The notes under the pieces: model-generated
What the model was told of the DNA's origin: nothing
What the model saw: only the letters and a program-made list of their open reading frames with translations
Databases searched by the model: none
Program-made: the position numbers and the translations under genes
Part shown: in pieces, positions 1 through 9,249 of the stretch
How the letters are laid out: the number at the start of each line of letters is the position of its first letter
Position numbering within the stretch: the stretch's first letter is position 1
Source: Acidobacteriota bacterium
GTDB taxonomy: Bacteria > Acidobacteriota > Vicinamibacteria > Vicinamibacterales > CAVVIG01
Assembly (NCBI GenBank): GCA_020850715.1
Contig: JADZED010000049.1
Span: forward strand, 3,693-67,692
Length of the DNA stretch: 64,000 nucleotides
Reading direction: 5' to 3'

Positions 1-1
1 G

Positions 2-1489
2 CGCCTCGTTTCGGGCGCCGCACGCGCCCAGTACACCAATCCGCGCCGCAACCAGGTGCTCGGCTCGGTCAGCTACTTCAAGCAGGGCTGGGGCGGGAGC
101 CACAACTTCAAGTTCGGATGGGAAGTCTTCCGCGAGACCAGCACGAACGGCAGCTTCGCGAACTCGTACAACAGCGTGCTCCACATCCTGCGCAACGGCG
201 CGCCGCTGGAGGTCTACCTCCTCGGCTATCCGCAGAATGCGACGCAGGGGCTCTGGAACACCGGACTGTACGTGACGGACACGTGGCGCGCGAGCGACAA
301 GATCAGCCTGAACCTGGGCGTGCGTTTCGACCGGTACCAGAACTTCCTCTCCCCGCAATCGCACCAGGCGGGCCGGTTCTTCCCGGAGACGGTGAACTTC
401 GCCGCCGTCAGCAACGTCCGCCTCTGGAACGTCGCCGCGCCGCGCGTGGGCGTCAGCTACAACGTAACGGGCGATGGCAAGACGGTCATCAAGGTCAACT
501 GGGGCCTCTACTGGAACAATCCCGGCACCTCGTCGTCGAACCCGAACGGGAGCTGGCAGAAGCGCTATGCCTGGTCGGACAAGAACGGCAACAGCGTGTG
601 GGACTCGGGTGAAGAAGGCCGGCTGATTTCCTCGTCGGGCGGCGTGGCGACCACCTCGCTCGACCCCAACCAGCAGGACCCCTACACCTACGACACGGCG
701 GTCTACCTGGAGCGCGAATTGATCGCAAACCTTGCGGTACGCGCCGGCTATGTGTACCGCACTCAGAATCAATTCAGCGGCACCATCAACACCAACCAGC
801 CGTACGAGGCGTTCAACGTGCCGACCACGATCCAGGATCCCGGACCGGACGGCAAGATCGGGACCGCAGACGACGGCGGGACGATTGCGGCGAAGAACCT
901 GGCAGCGGCCTATGTCGGCCTGCCGTCGGTGAACCTCGTCACGAACCAACCGGGCAGCTCGCGCTACGACACCTATGAGGTGACGATGACGAAGCGCTAC
1001 AGCCACAGGTGGAGCGCGCAGGCGGCGTACTCCCTGACCAAGAGTTGGGCATCGAGGACCCCGGTCAATCCGAACAACTGCATCAATGCGAACGCCGACT
1101 GCCAGGACGAGACGGTCGATTATTCGTTCAAGCTGAACGGCTCCTTCGACCTGCCGGCCGGTATCAAGCTGAGCCCGGTGTACCGTTTCCAGGCGGGCGA
1201 CAATTTCGGCCGGCAGTTCGTCGCCTCCGGGCTGAACTACGCGAACCCAACGCTCAATGCAGAGCCGACCAGGTCGCAGCGTGCGGAGAACATCAACGTC
1301 TTCGACCTCCGCGTCGACCGTGGAATCCAGATCAAGAGCTACCGGATTTCGCCGTTCCTCGACCTGTACAACCTGACGAACGGCAACGCTGTGCAGGACG
1401 TAACAATCAGCTCGGGCAGTTCGTATCTGCGCCCGATCAACATCGTGTCGCCGCGCATCGCGCGCGTCGGCATCAAGGTGGACTGGTAA
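2..1489 (+). CDS. TonB-dependent outer-membrane receptor, C-terminal beta-barrel part (5' end lies outside the window)
   Basis: The ORF is open to the window edge. It has an Asn/Gly/Tyr/Thr-rich alternating beta-strand pattern. It ends ...RIARVGIKVDW, with the terminal aromatic residue typical of OM barrels. A strong hairpin terminator follows. Confidence 0.8.
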   Translation, partial: RLVSGAARAQYTNPRRNQVLGSVSYFKQGWGGSHNFKFGWEVFRETSTNGSFANSYNSVLHILRNGAPLEVYLLGYPQNATQGLWNTGLYVTDTWRASDKISLNLGVRFDRYQNFLSPQSHQAGRFFPETVNFAAVSNVRLWNVAAPRVGVSYNVTGDGKTVIKVNWGLYWNNPGTSSSNPNGSWQKRYAWSDKNGNSVWDSGEEGRLISSSGGVATTSLDPNQQDPYTYDTAVYLERELIANLAVRAGYVYRTQNQFSGTINTNQPYEAFNVPTTIQDPGPDGKIGTADDGGTIAAKNLAAAYVGLPSVNLVTNQPGSSRYDTYEVTMTKRYSHRWSAQAAYSLTKSWASRTPVNPNNCINANADCQDETVDYSFKLNGSFDLPAGIKLSPVYRFQAGDNFGRQFVASGLNYANPTLNAEPTRSQRAENINVFDLRVDRGIQIKSYRISPFLDLYNLTNGNAVQDVTISSGSSYLRPINIVSPRIARVGIKVDW

Positions 1490-1532
1490 GGCCATCGTCC
1501 CGCAACGGCCGGCGTTCGAGAAGATCCTCTGG

Positions 1533-1571
1533 GGCTGGCGGCCCGACGGCCGCCAGCCTCTCTTTCTTGTT
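1533..1571 (+). terminator. Rho-independent terminator after the TonB-receptor gene
   Basis: Perfect 11-bp inverted repeat ggctggcggcc / ggccgccagcc with a 4-nt loop (cgac), followed by the T-rich tract tctctttcttgtt. Confidence 0.7.
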
Positions 1572-1856
1572 GGAGGCGGAGGCCACCGTCGGTCCGCGCC
1601 ACGGCTGCAGATCCAGCGACGCCTCGAGACTCAACCGACGAGCCACCGTGGGCATCTGGCGCCACGCGAGATGGTGACTCGGGATCACCTTTAGCGTCGC
1701 CGCCAGCCCGATCGCATCGGCCTGCGCCTGCGCCTGCCTGCAACCCTCTCCAATCCCAACGACATGCGGGCACGCGCGCGAACGCGCTCCGCGGTGCCTG
1801 GCTTGCGAGCGTGCGTGGCTGCGCAGTGCGCCATGCACGCGCGCAAGGAGGAACGT

Positions 1857-2195
1857 ATGACTCGGATGTATGCGTTGTTCACGGCGACTCTGCTCGCGAT
1901 CTCGGCGCCTTCCTTCGCGCAGGCCGCCAGGGAGGGCGTCGCTGCGCCGCGAAAGGCCGCAGCGGCAGTCGTCAACATCAACACGGCAGGCGTCGCGGAA
2001 CTGGAGACGCTGCCGGGCGTTGGCTCGAGGACGGCAGCGCTCATCGTGGAGTACCGCCAGAAGAACGGGCCGTTCAAGAAGATCGAGGAGCTCATGAACG
2101 TTCGGGGGAGGGGGGAGAAGACGTTTCTCAAGCTTCGCCCGCAGCTCACCATCGCCGGGACGGCAAGAGCCGCTGCGAGCGAGACGCGGCACTGA
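1857..2195 (+). CDS. comEA: ComEA-family helix-hairpin-helix DNA-binding/competence protein with signal peptide
   Basis: ATG at 1857 is preceded by aaggagg. Signal peptide MTRMYALFTATLLAISAPSFAQA. HhH core NINTAGVAELETLPGVGSRTAALIVEYRQKNGPFKKIEELMNVRG. Confidence 0.85.
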   Translation: MTRMYALFTATLLAISAPSFAQAAREGVAAPRKAAAAVVNINTAGVAELETLPGVGSRTAALIVEYRQKNGPFKKIEELMNVRGRGEKTFLKLRPQLTIAGTARAAASETRH

Positions 2196-2213
2196 GCGAA
2201 CGCAGCCAGCTCG

Positions 2214-2786
2214 ATGCGCGGCTATTGCCTGCTCGAAGTGTTGTTCGTGGGCTGGATCGGCATCGTGCTGGCTGCCATCGCCGTGCCGGGAATCCGGCGT
2301 TCGATCGACCAGCAACGCACCGTGGGGGCGGTGCGTTACCTGGCGACGCAATGCGCCCGGGCGCGCATGGTCGCGATCACGCAGGGGCGAGACGTGGCGT
2401 TGCAGTTCACCGGCGGTGTCGGCGGCTATACCTTCGCGATGTACGCCGATGGCAACGGCGACGGTGTCCGGACCCGCGATATCGAGCGGGGAGTCGATGT
2501 CGCGTTGAGCCGCCGCGAGCAGCTGTCGTCGGTATTTGCAGGGGTATCGTTCGGCGTGCCGGCGGGGCTGCCGCCGGTTGATACGGGTCCGCCTACCGAC
2601 GGCGATCCGCTGAAGCTCGGCGCCGGCAACCTGCTGTCGTTCTCGGCGCGCGGCACATCCTCGTCTGGCAGCCTCTACGTGAGAGGAGAGACGGGCGCGC
2701 AGTATGTGCTGCGGGCGTATGGCGAGACGGGGAAGACGCGTGTGCTCGCCTACGATCCGCGCTCGCGGACCTGGAGGCTGCGGTGA
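2214..2786 (+). CDS. GspH/FimT-like minor pseudopilin (prepilin-type N-terminus)
   Basis: N-terminus MRG|YCLLEVLFVGWIGIVLAAIAVP has Glu at +5 after the Gly and a hydrophobic helix. It has the ~190-aa size and the motif RTVGAVRYLATQCARARMVAI typical of GspH/FimT-type proteins. The C-terminus is Arg-rich (YDPRSRTWRLR). Confidence 0.65.
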   Translation: MRGYCLLEVLFVGWIGIVLAAIAVPGIRRSIDQQRTVGAVRYLATQCARARMVAITQGRDVALQFTGGVGGYTFAMYADGNGDGVRTRDIERGVDVALSRREQLSSVFAGVSFGVPAGLPPVDTGPPTDGDPLKLGAGNLLSFSARGTSSSGSLYVRGETGAQYVLRAYGETGKTRVLAYDPRSRTWRLR

Positions 2787-3076
2787 ACGGCGAGGAGCGG
2801 CGGCGCTCCTCCAGACGGACTGGGGTGGGGAGCCATGGCATCGTGGCAGCCCGGGTGCGACCTGGGCACGCGGCGTCGGTCATCGATATCTCGGCCGAAG
2901 GCGTTCTGCTCGAAACCGCTCATCGCCTGCTGCCGGGCACGGACATCGAGGTGCAATTGGAGACGTCGTCGAGCCGGATGTCGGTCCGGGGCCGCGTGCT
3001 GCGCTGCTCGGTGTCGGCGCTGCAGCCCTGCGTTCGCTACCGCGGGGCGATCGGGTTCGACCGCGCGCTGCCGTGA
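2783..3076 (+). CDS. Stand-alone PilZ-domain protein (putative c-di-GMP receptor)
   Basis: Both PilZ signature motifs are present: RRSSRR (RxxxR) and, 22 aa later, DISAEG (DxSxxG). The GTG start overlaps the upstream stop (GTGA). Confidence 0.7.
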   Translation: MNGEERRRSSRRTGVGSHGIVAARVRPGHAASVIDISAEGVLLETAHRLLPGTDIEVQLETSSSRMSVRGRVLRCSVSALQPCVRYRGAIGFDRALP

Positions 3077-3222
3077 TGGTCGGAAGGCGGTTCCTGCGGG
3101 TATCGTCTTCCCCCGGCGGGAAAGCGCCCCGTGCCCGGTTTGCGGGCAGACGTTACCCCAGCAGACCGCCTGACGATGGTGGTCATGCCGAAGCTGGCGG
3201 GCGTGCAACGCCCGTTCGGGCG

Positions 3223-3238
3223 TGGCATCTGATTTGGT
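3223..3238 (+). promoter_or_regulatory. Weak sigma-54-like -24/-12 candidate upstream of the AAA+ regulator
   Basis: TGGCAT-ctgat-TTGGt has correct GG-N10 spacing, but the -12 element reads GG instead of GC. It lies about 30 nt upstream of the ATG at 3269. Confidence 0.2.
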
Positions 3239-3268
3239 TCTCGGCGGACCGACCGAGCGGATCGCGAG

Positions 3269-4696
3269 ATGACGACTGCGACATCGGGTACTCCTCCGCC
3301 GCGCACCGTCCGCGGGCGCGATCGCCGCCAGGGAATCGCGCATGCGATCGCGGCGGTCGCGCACGGGCTCGAGCGTCGCGACGCCAGGTCGCTGCGGAGC
3401 GCATTCGAGCAGGCGCTGCGCGAGGTCTTGCCGCTGCGGGAGGTGCGGCTGCGCGATGCTGCCGGCCGCTGGAGGGACGGCGCGGAGCGAGCGGGCGGGC
3501 AGACGGTGACGATGGAGGTCTTCGGCGCCGCTGGCAACGGGGTGCTGGAGGCGACGTTCGAGCCTGGTTGTGCCGCCGGCGAGTGGGATCTGCAGTGCCT
3601 GAGCGCCCTGGCACAGCTCGGCGCGATCGTCCTCGAGATTGATCGGGGCCGAGGACCCGCCGCCGCCAGTCCCGGAACGACGGCGTCCGCGAAGTCAGGC
3701 GGGGCGCTGCTCGTCGGCTCGGCGCCGGCGATGCAGCGTCTGCGATCGACGCTCGCGCGCGTGGCGACAACGAGCTTCACCGTGCTCCTGGAAGGGGAGA
3801 GCGGCGTCGGCAAGGAGCTCGTGGCGCGAAGGATCCACGAGCTCAGCGCGCGCCGGCTCGGGCCATTTGTCGCCATCAACTGTGCGGCGCTCGTGGAAAC
3901 GCTTCTCGAGGCTGAGCTGTTCGGGATCGAGGAGCGCACGGCGACCGGCGTGCGGGGGCGGCGCGGCAAGTTCGAACAGGCGGCCGGCGGAACGCTCTTC
4001 CTCGACGAGGTCTCGGACCTGTCGCTCTCGGCGCAGGCGAAGCTGCTGCGCGCGATCCAGGATCTCGCGATCGAGCGGGTTGGCGCCAACGGCAGCCAGA
4101 AGGTCGACATCCGCGTGATCGCGGCCACCAACCGCAGCCTCGCCGAGCTGGTCGATCGCCGCCTGTTCCGCCTCGATCTCTTCTATCGCCTGAGCGGCGT
4201 CGACATCCGGGTCCCGCCGCTCCGCGAGCGTCGAGACGACGTCCGCGAGATCGCCGAATACTATCTCGCACGCCACCGGGCGACGCGCACGCTGACGCTC
4301 TCGCCGCCGGCGGCCGATGCCTTGACGACATACGACTGGCCGGGAAACGTTCGCGAGCTCGAGCGGCTCATCGAGCGGGCCGTGGCGCTCTGCGACGGCA
4401 ACCGGATCGAGCTCGACGACCTGCCGCCGGGGGTGCGCGGCGACTACGCCGCGACACTGATGCCGTCGGTCGAGCGCCGCGACTCGATGCGCGCGTGGGC
4501 CGGCCGCTACGCGCAGCTGGTCGTGAGCCGCTGCGGCGGCAACAAACGGCAGGCGTGCCGGATTCTCGGCGTCAGCTACCACACCTTGCAGTCGTATTTA
4601 CGGCAGCCGGCATCCGGTGCGCCGCCGCGCGGCGCCGCGTGGACCGGGGACGGTCGCGGGCTGTCTGCACCTTGCGGAACGCTTGACCGCGTGTGA
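3269..4696 (+). CDS. NtrC-family AAA+ transcriptional regulator (sigma-54 EBP-like, no receiver domain, degenerate GAFTGA loop, C-terminal Fis-type HTH)
   Basis: Walker A GESGVGKE; Walker B TLFLDEV; RVIAATNRSL...LFYRL; PPLRERRDDV; HTH GGNKRQACRILGVSYHTLQSYL. The N-terminal ~130 aa are not a CheY-like receiver. Confidence 0.88.
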   Translation: MTTATSGTPPPRTVRGRDRRQGIAHAIAAVAHGLERRDARSLRSAFEQALREVLPLREVRLRDAAGRWRDGAERAGGQTVTMEVFGAAGNGVLEATFEPGCAAGEWDLQCLSALAQLGAIVLEIDRGRGPAAASPGTTASAKSGGALLVGSAPAMQRLRSTLARVATTSFTVLLEGESGVGKELVARRIHELSARRLGPFVAINCAALVETLLEAELFGIEERTATGVRGRRGKFEQAAGGTLFLDEVSDLSLSAQAKLLRAIQDLAIERVGANGSQKVDIRVIAATNRSLAELVDRRLFRLDLFYRLSGVDIRVPPLRERRDDVREIAEYYLARHRATRTLTLSPPAADALTTYDWPGNVRELERLIERAVALCDGNRIELDDLPPGVRGDYAATLMPSVERRDSMRAWAGRYAQLVVSRCGGNKRQACRILGVSYHTLQSYLRQPASGAPPRGAAWTGDGRGLSAPCGTLDRV

Positions 4697-4742
4697 ATCG
4701 GCACAGTAGCATTGCCTGATCAGATCACACGAAAATCTCCCA

Positions 4743-5858
4743 ATGGAACAGGCCAGCACGGGCACTCTCAAGAGAACACCGCTCAACGCGCGCCATCGGG
4801 CGTCGGGCGCGAGAATGGTTCCTTTCGCCGGCTGGGAAATGCCGGTCGAATACTCCGGGATCGTCGCCGAGCACATGGCGGTGCGCGAGCGCGCCGGCCT
4901 CTTCGACGTCAGCCACATGGGGCAGATCGAGATCGCAGGCAAGGACGCGCTTGCCGCGGTGCAGCACATCTCGTCGAACGACGCGAGCAAGCTCGCTGTC
5001 GGACAGGCGCAGTACTCCGGCCTGCTCACCCCTGAAGGCACGTTCGTCGACGACATCCTCGTCTACCGCCAGGGTCCTTCGCACTTCCTCATCGTCGTCA
5101 ATGCCGGTGACATCCCGGGGGACTTCGCCTGGATCTCCGAGCACATCAAGCCGGCCGGCGATGCCTCCGCCGTCGACGCGAGCTCGCGCTACGCGCTGAT
5201 CTCGATCCAGGGGCCGGAGGCGCAGCGGGTCCTGCAGTCGCTCACCGCAGTGGATCTCGCCGCGATCAAGTACTACTGGTTCGTGCACGGCGAGGTTGCC
5301 GGCGTTCGCTCCACGATCTCGCGCACCGGCTATACCGGCGAGGACGGCTTCGAGGTGTTCGTGCCGCCGCAGGCAGCCGACGCGCTCTGGCAGGCGATGC
5401 TCGACGCCGGCAGGAGCGCCAGCGTGCTGCCGTGCGGTCTGGGCGCACGCGACACGCTGCGTCTCGAGGCGGCGATGCGTCTGTACGGCCAGGACATGGA
5501 TCGCACCGTGAGCGTTCTCGAGGCCGACCTCGGCTGGATCGTCGGCTGGAAGAAGGACGACTTCATCGGCGCGGCGGCGCTGCGGCAGCAGAAGGCATCG
5601 GGAGTCTCGCGCAAGATCGTCGGGTTCGAGATGCTGGAGCGCGGCATCGCGCGGCACGGCTACGACGTCTACGTCGGCGACCGGAAGGCCGGCGTCGTCA
5701 CCAGCGGCACGCAGACGCCGCTGCTGAAGAAGTCGATCGGCATGGGGTACCTGCCGATCGAGCACACCGCGCCGGGCACCGAGTTCGACGTGGATATCCG
5801 CGGCCGCCGGACGCGGGCGCGCGTGGTCCCGATGCCCTTCTACAAGAGGCAGAAGTAG
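4743..5858 (+). CDS. gcvT: Glycine cleavage system T protein (aminomethyltransferase)
   Basis: KRTPLNARHRASGARMVPFAGWEMPVEYSGIVAEHMAVRERAGLFDVSHMGQIEI is a textbook GcvT N-terminus. The gene is followed by gcvH and gcvP. Confidence 0.95.
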   Translation: MEQASTGTLKRTPLNARHRASGARMVPFAGWEMPVEYSGIVAEHMAVRERAGLFDVSHMGQIEIAGKDALAAVQHISSNDASKLAVGQAQYSGLLTPEGTFVDDILVYRQGPSHFLIVVNAGDIPGDFAWISEHIKPAGDASAVDASSRYALISIQGPEAQRVLQSLTAVDLAAIKYYWFVHGEVAGVRSTISRTGYTGEDGFEVFVPPQAADALWQAMLDAGRSASVLPCGLGARDTLRLEAAMRLYGQDMDRTVSVLEADLGWIVGWKKDDFIGAAALRQQKASGVSRKIVGFEMLERGIARHGYDVYVGDRKAGVVTSGTQTPLLKKSIGMGYLPIEHTAPGTEFDVDIRGRRTRARVVPMPFYKRQK

Positions 5859-5896
5859 GCCGGGCCGCGTCGCGGCGTCCGGCAATCAGGAGCGAC

Positions 5897-6274
5897 ATGG
5901 CGTCATATCCCGCTGGCTACAAGTACACGAAAGATCACGAGTGGATCGAGCTCTCGGGCGACCGCGGCAAAGTCGGCATCACCGACTATGCGCAGGCGCA
6001 GCTCGGCGATGTCGTCTATGTCGAGCTGCCCGAGGTGGGCGCGACGCTCAAGCAGGGCCAATCGTTCGGCACGATCGAGTCGGTCAAGGCCGTCTCCGAG
6101 CTCTACTCGCCGGTCACTGGAGAAGTCGTCGAGGTGAACGGCGCACTGAAGGACAAGCCCGAGTCGATCAACGCCACCCCGCACGAGAGCTGGATGGTCG
6201 TGATCCGGCTGACGCAGCCGTCGGAAGCCTCGGCGCTGCTCGACGCCACCCAATATCAGGCGCTCATCAAGTAG
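5897..6274 (+). CDS. gcvH: Glycine cleavage system H protein (lipoyl carrier)
   Basis: [39 protein letters not shown]...[12 protein letters not shown] contains the lipoyl-lysine motif ESVKA. Confidence 0.95.
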   Translation: MASYPAGYKYTKDHEWIELSGDRGKVGITDYAQAQLGDVVYVELPEVGATLKQGQSFGTIESVKAVSELYSPVTGEVVEVNGALKDKPESINATPHESWMVVIRLTQPSEASALLDATQYQALIK

Positions 6275-6278
6275 GCCC

Positions 6279-9146
6279 ATGCTCTCTTCAGAAGAACGAT
6301 TCCAGTCCCGCCATATCGGACCAGACACGACAGAGCGCGACACGATGCTCAAGGTGGTCGGCGCGTCCTCGCTGGACGCGCTGATCGACGAAGCCATTCC
6401 GCCCCGGATCCGGCTCGCCAAGCCGCTCGACCTGCCGGACGGAGAGACCGAGCACCGGTTCCTGCGCGGCCTGGCGGACACCGCCGGCCGCAACCGGATC
6501 CTGCGAACCTTCATCGGTCTTGGCTACTCCGACACCATCACGCCGAGCGTCATCCTGCGCAATGTGCTCGAGAATCCTGGCTGGTACACGCCCTACACGC
6601 CCTATCAGGCCGAGATCGCCCAGGGGCGCCTCGAAGCGCTGCTCAACTTCCAGACCATGGTGCGCGACCTCACCGGCACCGAGATCGCCAACGCGTCGCT
6701 CCTCGACGAGGCCACCGCGGCCGGCGAGGCGATGACCATGCTGCACCGCGTGAGCCGGAAGGGGGACGAAGCGAACCGCTTCTTCGTCTCGAGCGGCTGC
6801 TATCCGCAGACGCTCGACGTGCTCCGCTCGCGGGCAGAACCGCTCGGCATCGAACTGGTGGTTGGCGACCCGGCGGCACCCTTGTTCGACGATCGCACGT
6901 TCGGCGCGCTCGTTCAGACGCCCGACGAAGCCGGCCGGGTGCTGGACATCAGTGGCTTCATCGCCGCCGCCCGGAAGGCCGACGTCCTCGTGGCGGCCGC
7001 CACCGATCTGCTCGCGCTCACGCTCATCGCGCCGCCGGGCGAGCTGGGGGCCGACGTCGTGTTCGGCAACTCGCAGCGCTTCGGCGTGCCGCTCGGCTAC
7101 GGCGGCCCGCACGCCGCGTTCTTCGCCACCTCGGAGAAGCACGTCCGTCAGGCGCCAGGCCGCATCATCGGCGTGTCGATCGACGCCCACGGCAATCAGG
7201 CCTATCGCATGGCGCTGCAGACGCGCGAGCAGCACATCAGACGCGAGAAGGCGACGTCGAACATCTGCACCGCGCAGGCGCTACTGGCCAACATCGCGGG
7301 CCTGTACGCGGTGTTCCACGGGCCCAAGGGGTTGACGGCGATCGCGCGCCGCGTGCACGGCCTGGCCGCACTCCTCGAGCGGGAGCTGAAGGGGATCGGC
7401 CTCGCGCAGCGCAACGACGTCTATTTCGACACGCTCCGCCTCGATCTGCCCGCTGGATCGGCGGACAAGGTGCGCGACGCCGCTCTGGCCGCCGGACTCA
7501 ACTTCCGCTACCGCGACGACGGCGGCCTCAACATCGCGCTCGACGAGACGACCGAACTCGACGACGTGGCGGCGATTGTCTCGGCGGTCGCCGCGGGAAC
7601 CGGGAAGAAGGCTGGCGCGATCAACCGCTCGGAGGCCGGTCTCGATGCCGCCTATCCGGCCGGGCTGGCGCGCCGGACCGGGTTTCTGGCGCATCCGATC
7701 TTCAACTCGCATCACTCCGAGACGCAGATGATGCGGTACATCCGGGGCCTCGAGCGCAAGGACGTCGGCCTCGACACCTCGATGATCGCCCTGGGCTCCT
7801 GCACGATGAAGCTGAACGCGGCATCGGAGATGCTGCCGATCACGTGGCCCGGCTTCTCGAAGCTGCACCCGTTCGTTCCGGTCGAGCAGGCCCAGGGGTA
7901 CCAGCAGATCTTCAGGGAGCTCGAAGCGTCGCTGTGCGCGATCACCGGGTTCGCCGCAGTATCGCTGCAGCCCAACTCCGGCGCGCAGGGAGAGTTTGCC
8001 GGCCTGTCGGTGATCCGCGCGTACCACCACGATCGAGGCGATCGGCACCGCGACGTCGTGCTGATCCCGGCCTCGGCCCACGGCACCAATCCGGCGAGCG
8101 CCGCGATGGCCGGCATGAAGGTGGTGATCGTCGCGAGCACGAAAGAGGGCAATATCGACGTCGCCGATCTGCGAGCCAAAGCGCAGGCGAATGCGAAGAA
8201 CCTTGCTGCGCTGATGGTGACCTACCCGTCGACCCACGGCGTCTTCGAGGAGAGCATCCAGGACATCTGCGCCACCGTGCACGAGCACGGCGGCCAGGTC
8301 TACATGGACGGTGCGAACATGAATGCGCAGGTGGGCCTCACGAGCCCGGCGGCGATCGGCGCCGACCTCTGCCACCTGAACCTGCACAAGACCTTCGCCA
8401 TCCCGCACGGCGGCGGCGGCCCGGGCATGGGGCCGATTGCCGTCGCGGCGCATCTGGCGCCTTACCTCCCCGGGCACCCGGTCGTCCGAACGGGCGGCGC
8501 CAAGGCGACCCATGCGATCGCGGCGGCGCCGTGGAGCAGCGCGAGCATCCTGCTGATCTCGTACGCCTACATCAAGATGCTCGGCGGCCCCGGGATGACC
8601 GCGGCCACCCGCTTCGCCATCCTCAACGCCAACTACATCAAGGCGCGGCTCGAGAAGCATTATCCCGTGCTGTACACGCGGCCGAACGGCCGGGTGGCGC
8701 ACGAGATGATCTTCGACCTCCGGCCGCTCAAGCAGGCCAGCGGCATCGACGAGACCGACGTCGCCAAGCGCCTGATGGACTACGGTTTCCACGCCCCGAC
8801 GGTGTCGTTCCCCGTGGCCGGCACGCTCATGATCGAGCCGACCGAGAGCGAAGCGCAGGACGAGCTCGACCGCTTCTGCGACGCGATGATCTCGATCCGC
8901 GCTGAAATCCAGGCGGTGATCGACGGCAAGGCCGATCCGAAGGACAACGTGCTGAAGAACGCGCCGCACACAGCGGCCGTCGTGACCGCCGACGAGTGGA
9001 CCCACCCATACTCGCGAGAGCAGGCGGCCTTCCCGCTGCCCTTCGTGAGCGCGTCGAAGTTCTGGCCGCGCGTCGGGCGCATCGATGCCCCGTACGGCGA
9101 TCGCAACCTGATGTGCGCCTGCCCGCCGGTCGCCGAGTACGCGTGA
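6279..9146 (+). CDS. gcvP: Glycine dehydrogenase (decarboxylating), single-chain P protein
   Basis: 955 aa. FQSRHIGP..., [23 protein letters not shown], and [22 protein letters not shown] (PLP-lysine region). Confidence 0.97.
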   Translation: MLSSEERFQSRHIGPDTTERDTMLKVVGASSLDALIDEAIPPRIRLAKPLDLPDGETEHRFLRGLADTAGRNRILRTFIGLGYSDTITPSVILRNVLENPGWYTPYTPYQAEIAQGRLEALLNFQTMVRDLTGTEIANASLLDEATAAGEAMTMLHRVSRKGDEANRFFVSSGCYPQTLDVLRSRAEPLGIELVVGDPAAPLFDDRTFGALVQTPDEAGRVLDISGFIAAARKADVLVAAATDLLALTLIAPPGELGADVVFGNSQRFGVPLGYGGPHAAFFATSEKHVRQAPGRIIGVSIDAHGNQAYRMALQTREQHIRREKATSNICTAQALLANIAGLYAVFHGPKGLTAIARRVHGLAALLERELKGIGLAQRNDVYFDTLRLDLPAGSADKVRDAALAAGLNFRYRDDGGLNIALDETTELDDVAAIVSAVAAGTGKKAGAINRSEAGLDAAYPAGLARRTGFLAHPIFNSHHSETQMMRYIRGLERKDVGLDTSMIALGSCTMKLNAASEMLPITWPGFSKLHPFVPVEQAQGYQQIFRELEASLCAITGFAAVSLQPNSGAQGEFAGLSVIRAYHHDRGDRHRDVVLIPASAHGTNPASAAMAGMKVVIVASTKEGNIDVADLRAKAQANAKNLAALMVTYPSTHGVFEESIQDICATVHEHGGQVYMDGANMNAQVGLTSPAAIGADLCHLNLHKTFAIPHGGGGPGMGPIAVAAHLAPYLPGHPVVRTGGAKATHAIAAAPWSSASILLISYAYIKMLGGPGMTAATRFAILNANYIKARLEKHYPVLYTRPNGRVAHEMIFDLRPLKQASGIDETDVAKRLMDYGFHAPTVSFPVAGTLMIEPTESEAQDELDRFCDAMISIRAEIQAVIDGKADPKDNVLKNAPHTAAVVTADEWTHPYSREQAAFPLPFVSASKFWPRVGRIDAPYGDRNLMCACPPVAEYA

Positions 9147-9188
9147 GGAGCTGCAGGGAGACGGGGAAGTAGGGAGACAGGTGGGAGA

Positions 9189-9213
9189 GGGAGCGCGCTG
9201 ATCGGCGCGCCCC
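9189..9213. terminator. GC-rich hairpin between convergent gcvP and the aminotransferase gene (possible bidirectional terminator)
   Basis: ggga-gcgcgc / tgatcg loop / gcgcgc-ccc. There is no clear U-tract on either strand. Confidence 0.3.
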
Positions 9214-9249
9214 TTCCTCGTGCGAACCAGCGCGGGGGCGCTCGGCCGC

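Noticed and set aside
4699-4716. A sigma-54-like motif, cGGCAC-agtagca-TTGCc, directly upstream of gcvT and downstream of the AAA+ regulator gene.
   Set aside because: The spacing between the GG and GC dinucleotides is 12 nt instead of the strictly conserved 10 nt. A similar +2 spacing problem affects tggttcagccggcttgct upstream of pilC at about 28290-28308, which also overlaps the start codon.
4600-4742. A glycine riboswitch, expected upstream of gcvT.
   Set aside because: Only 46 nt separate the regulator stop from the gcvT ATG. I could not find the conserved GGAGAG…ACCGAAGG-type cores in the preceding ~150 nt. An Infernal scan with the glycine riboswitch model would be the decisive test.
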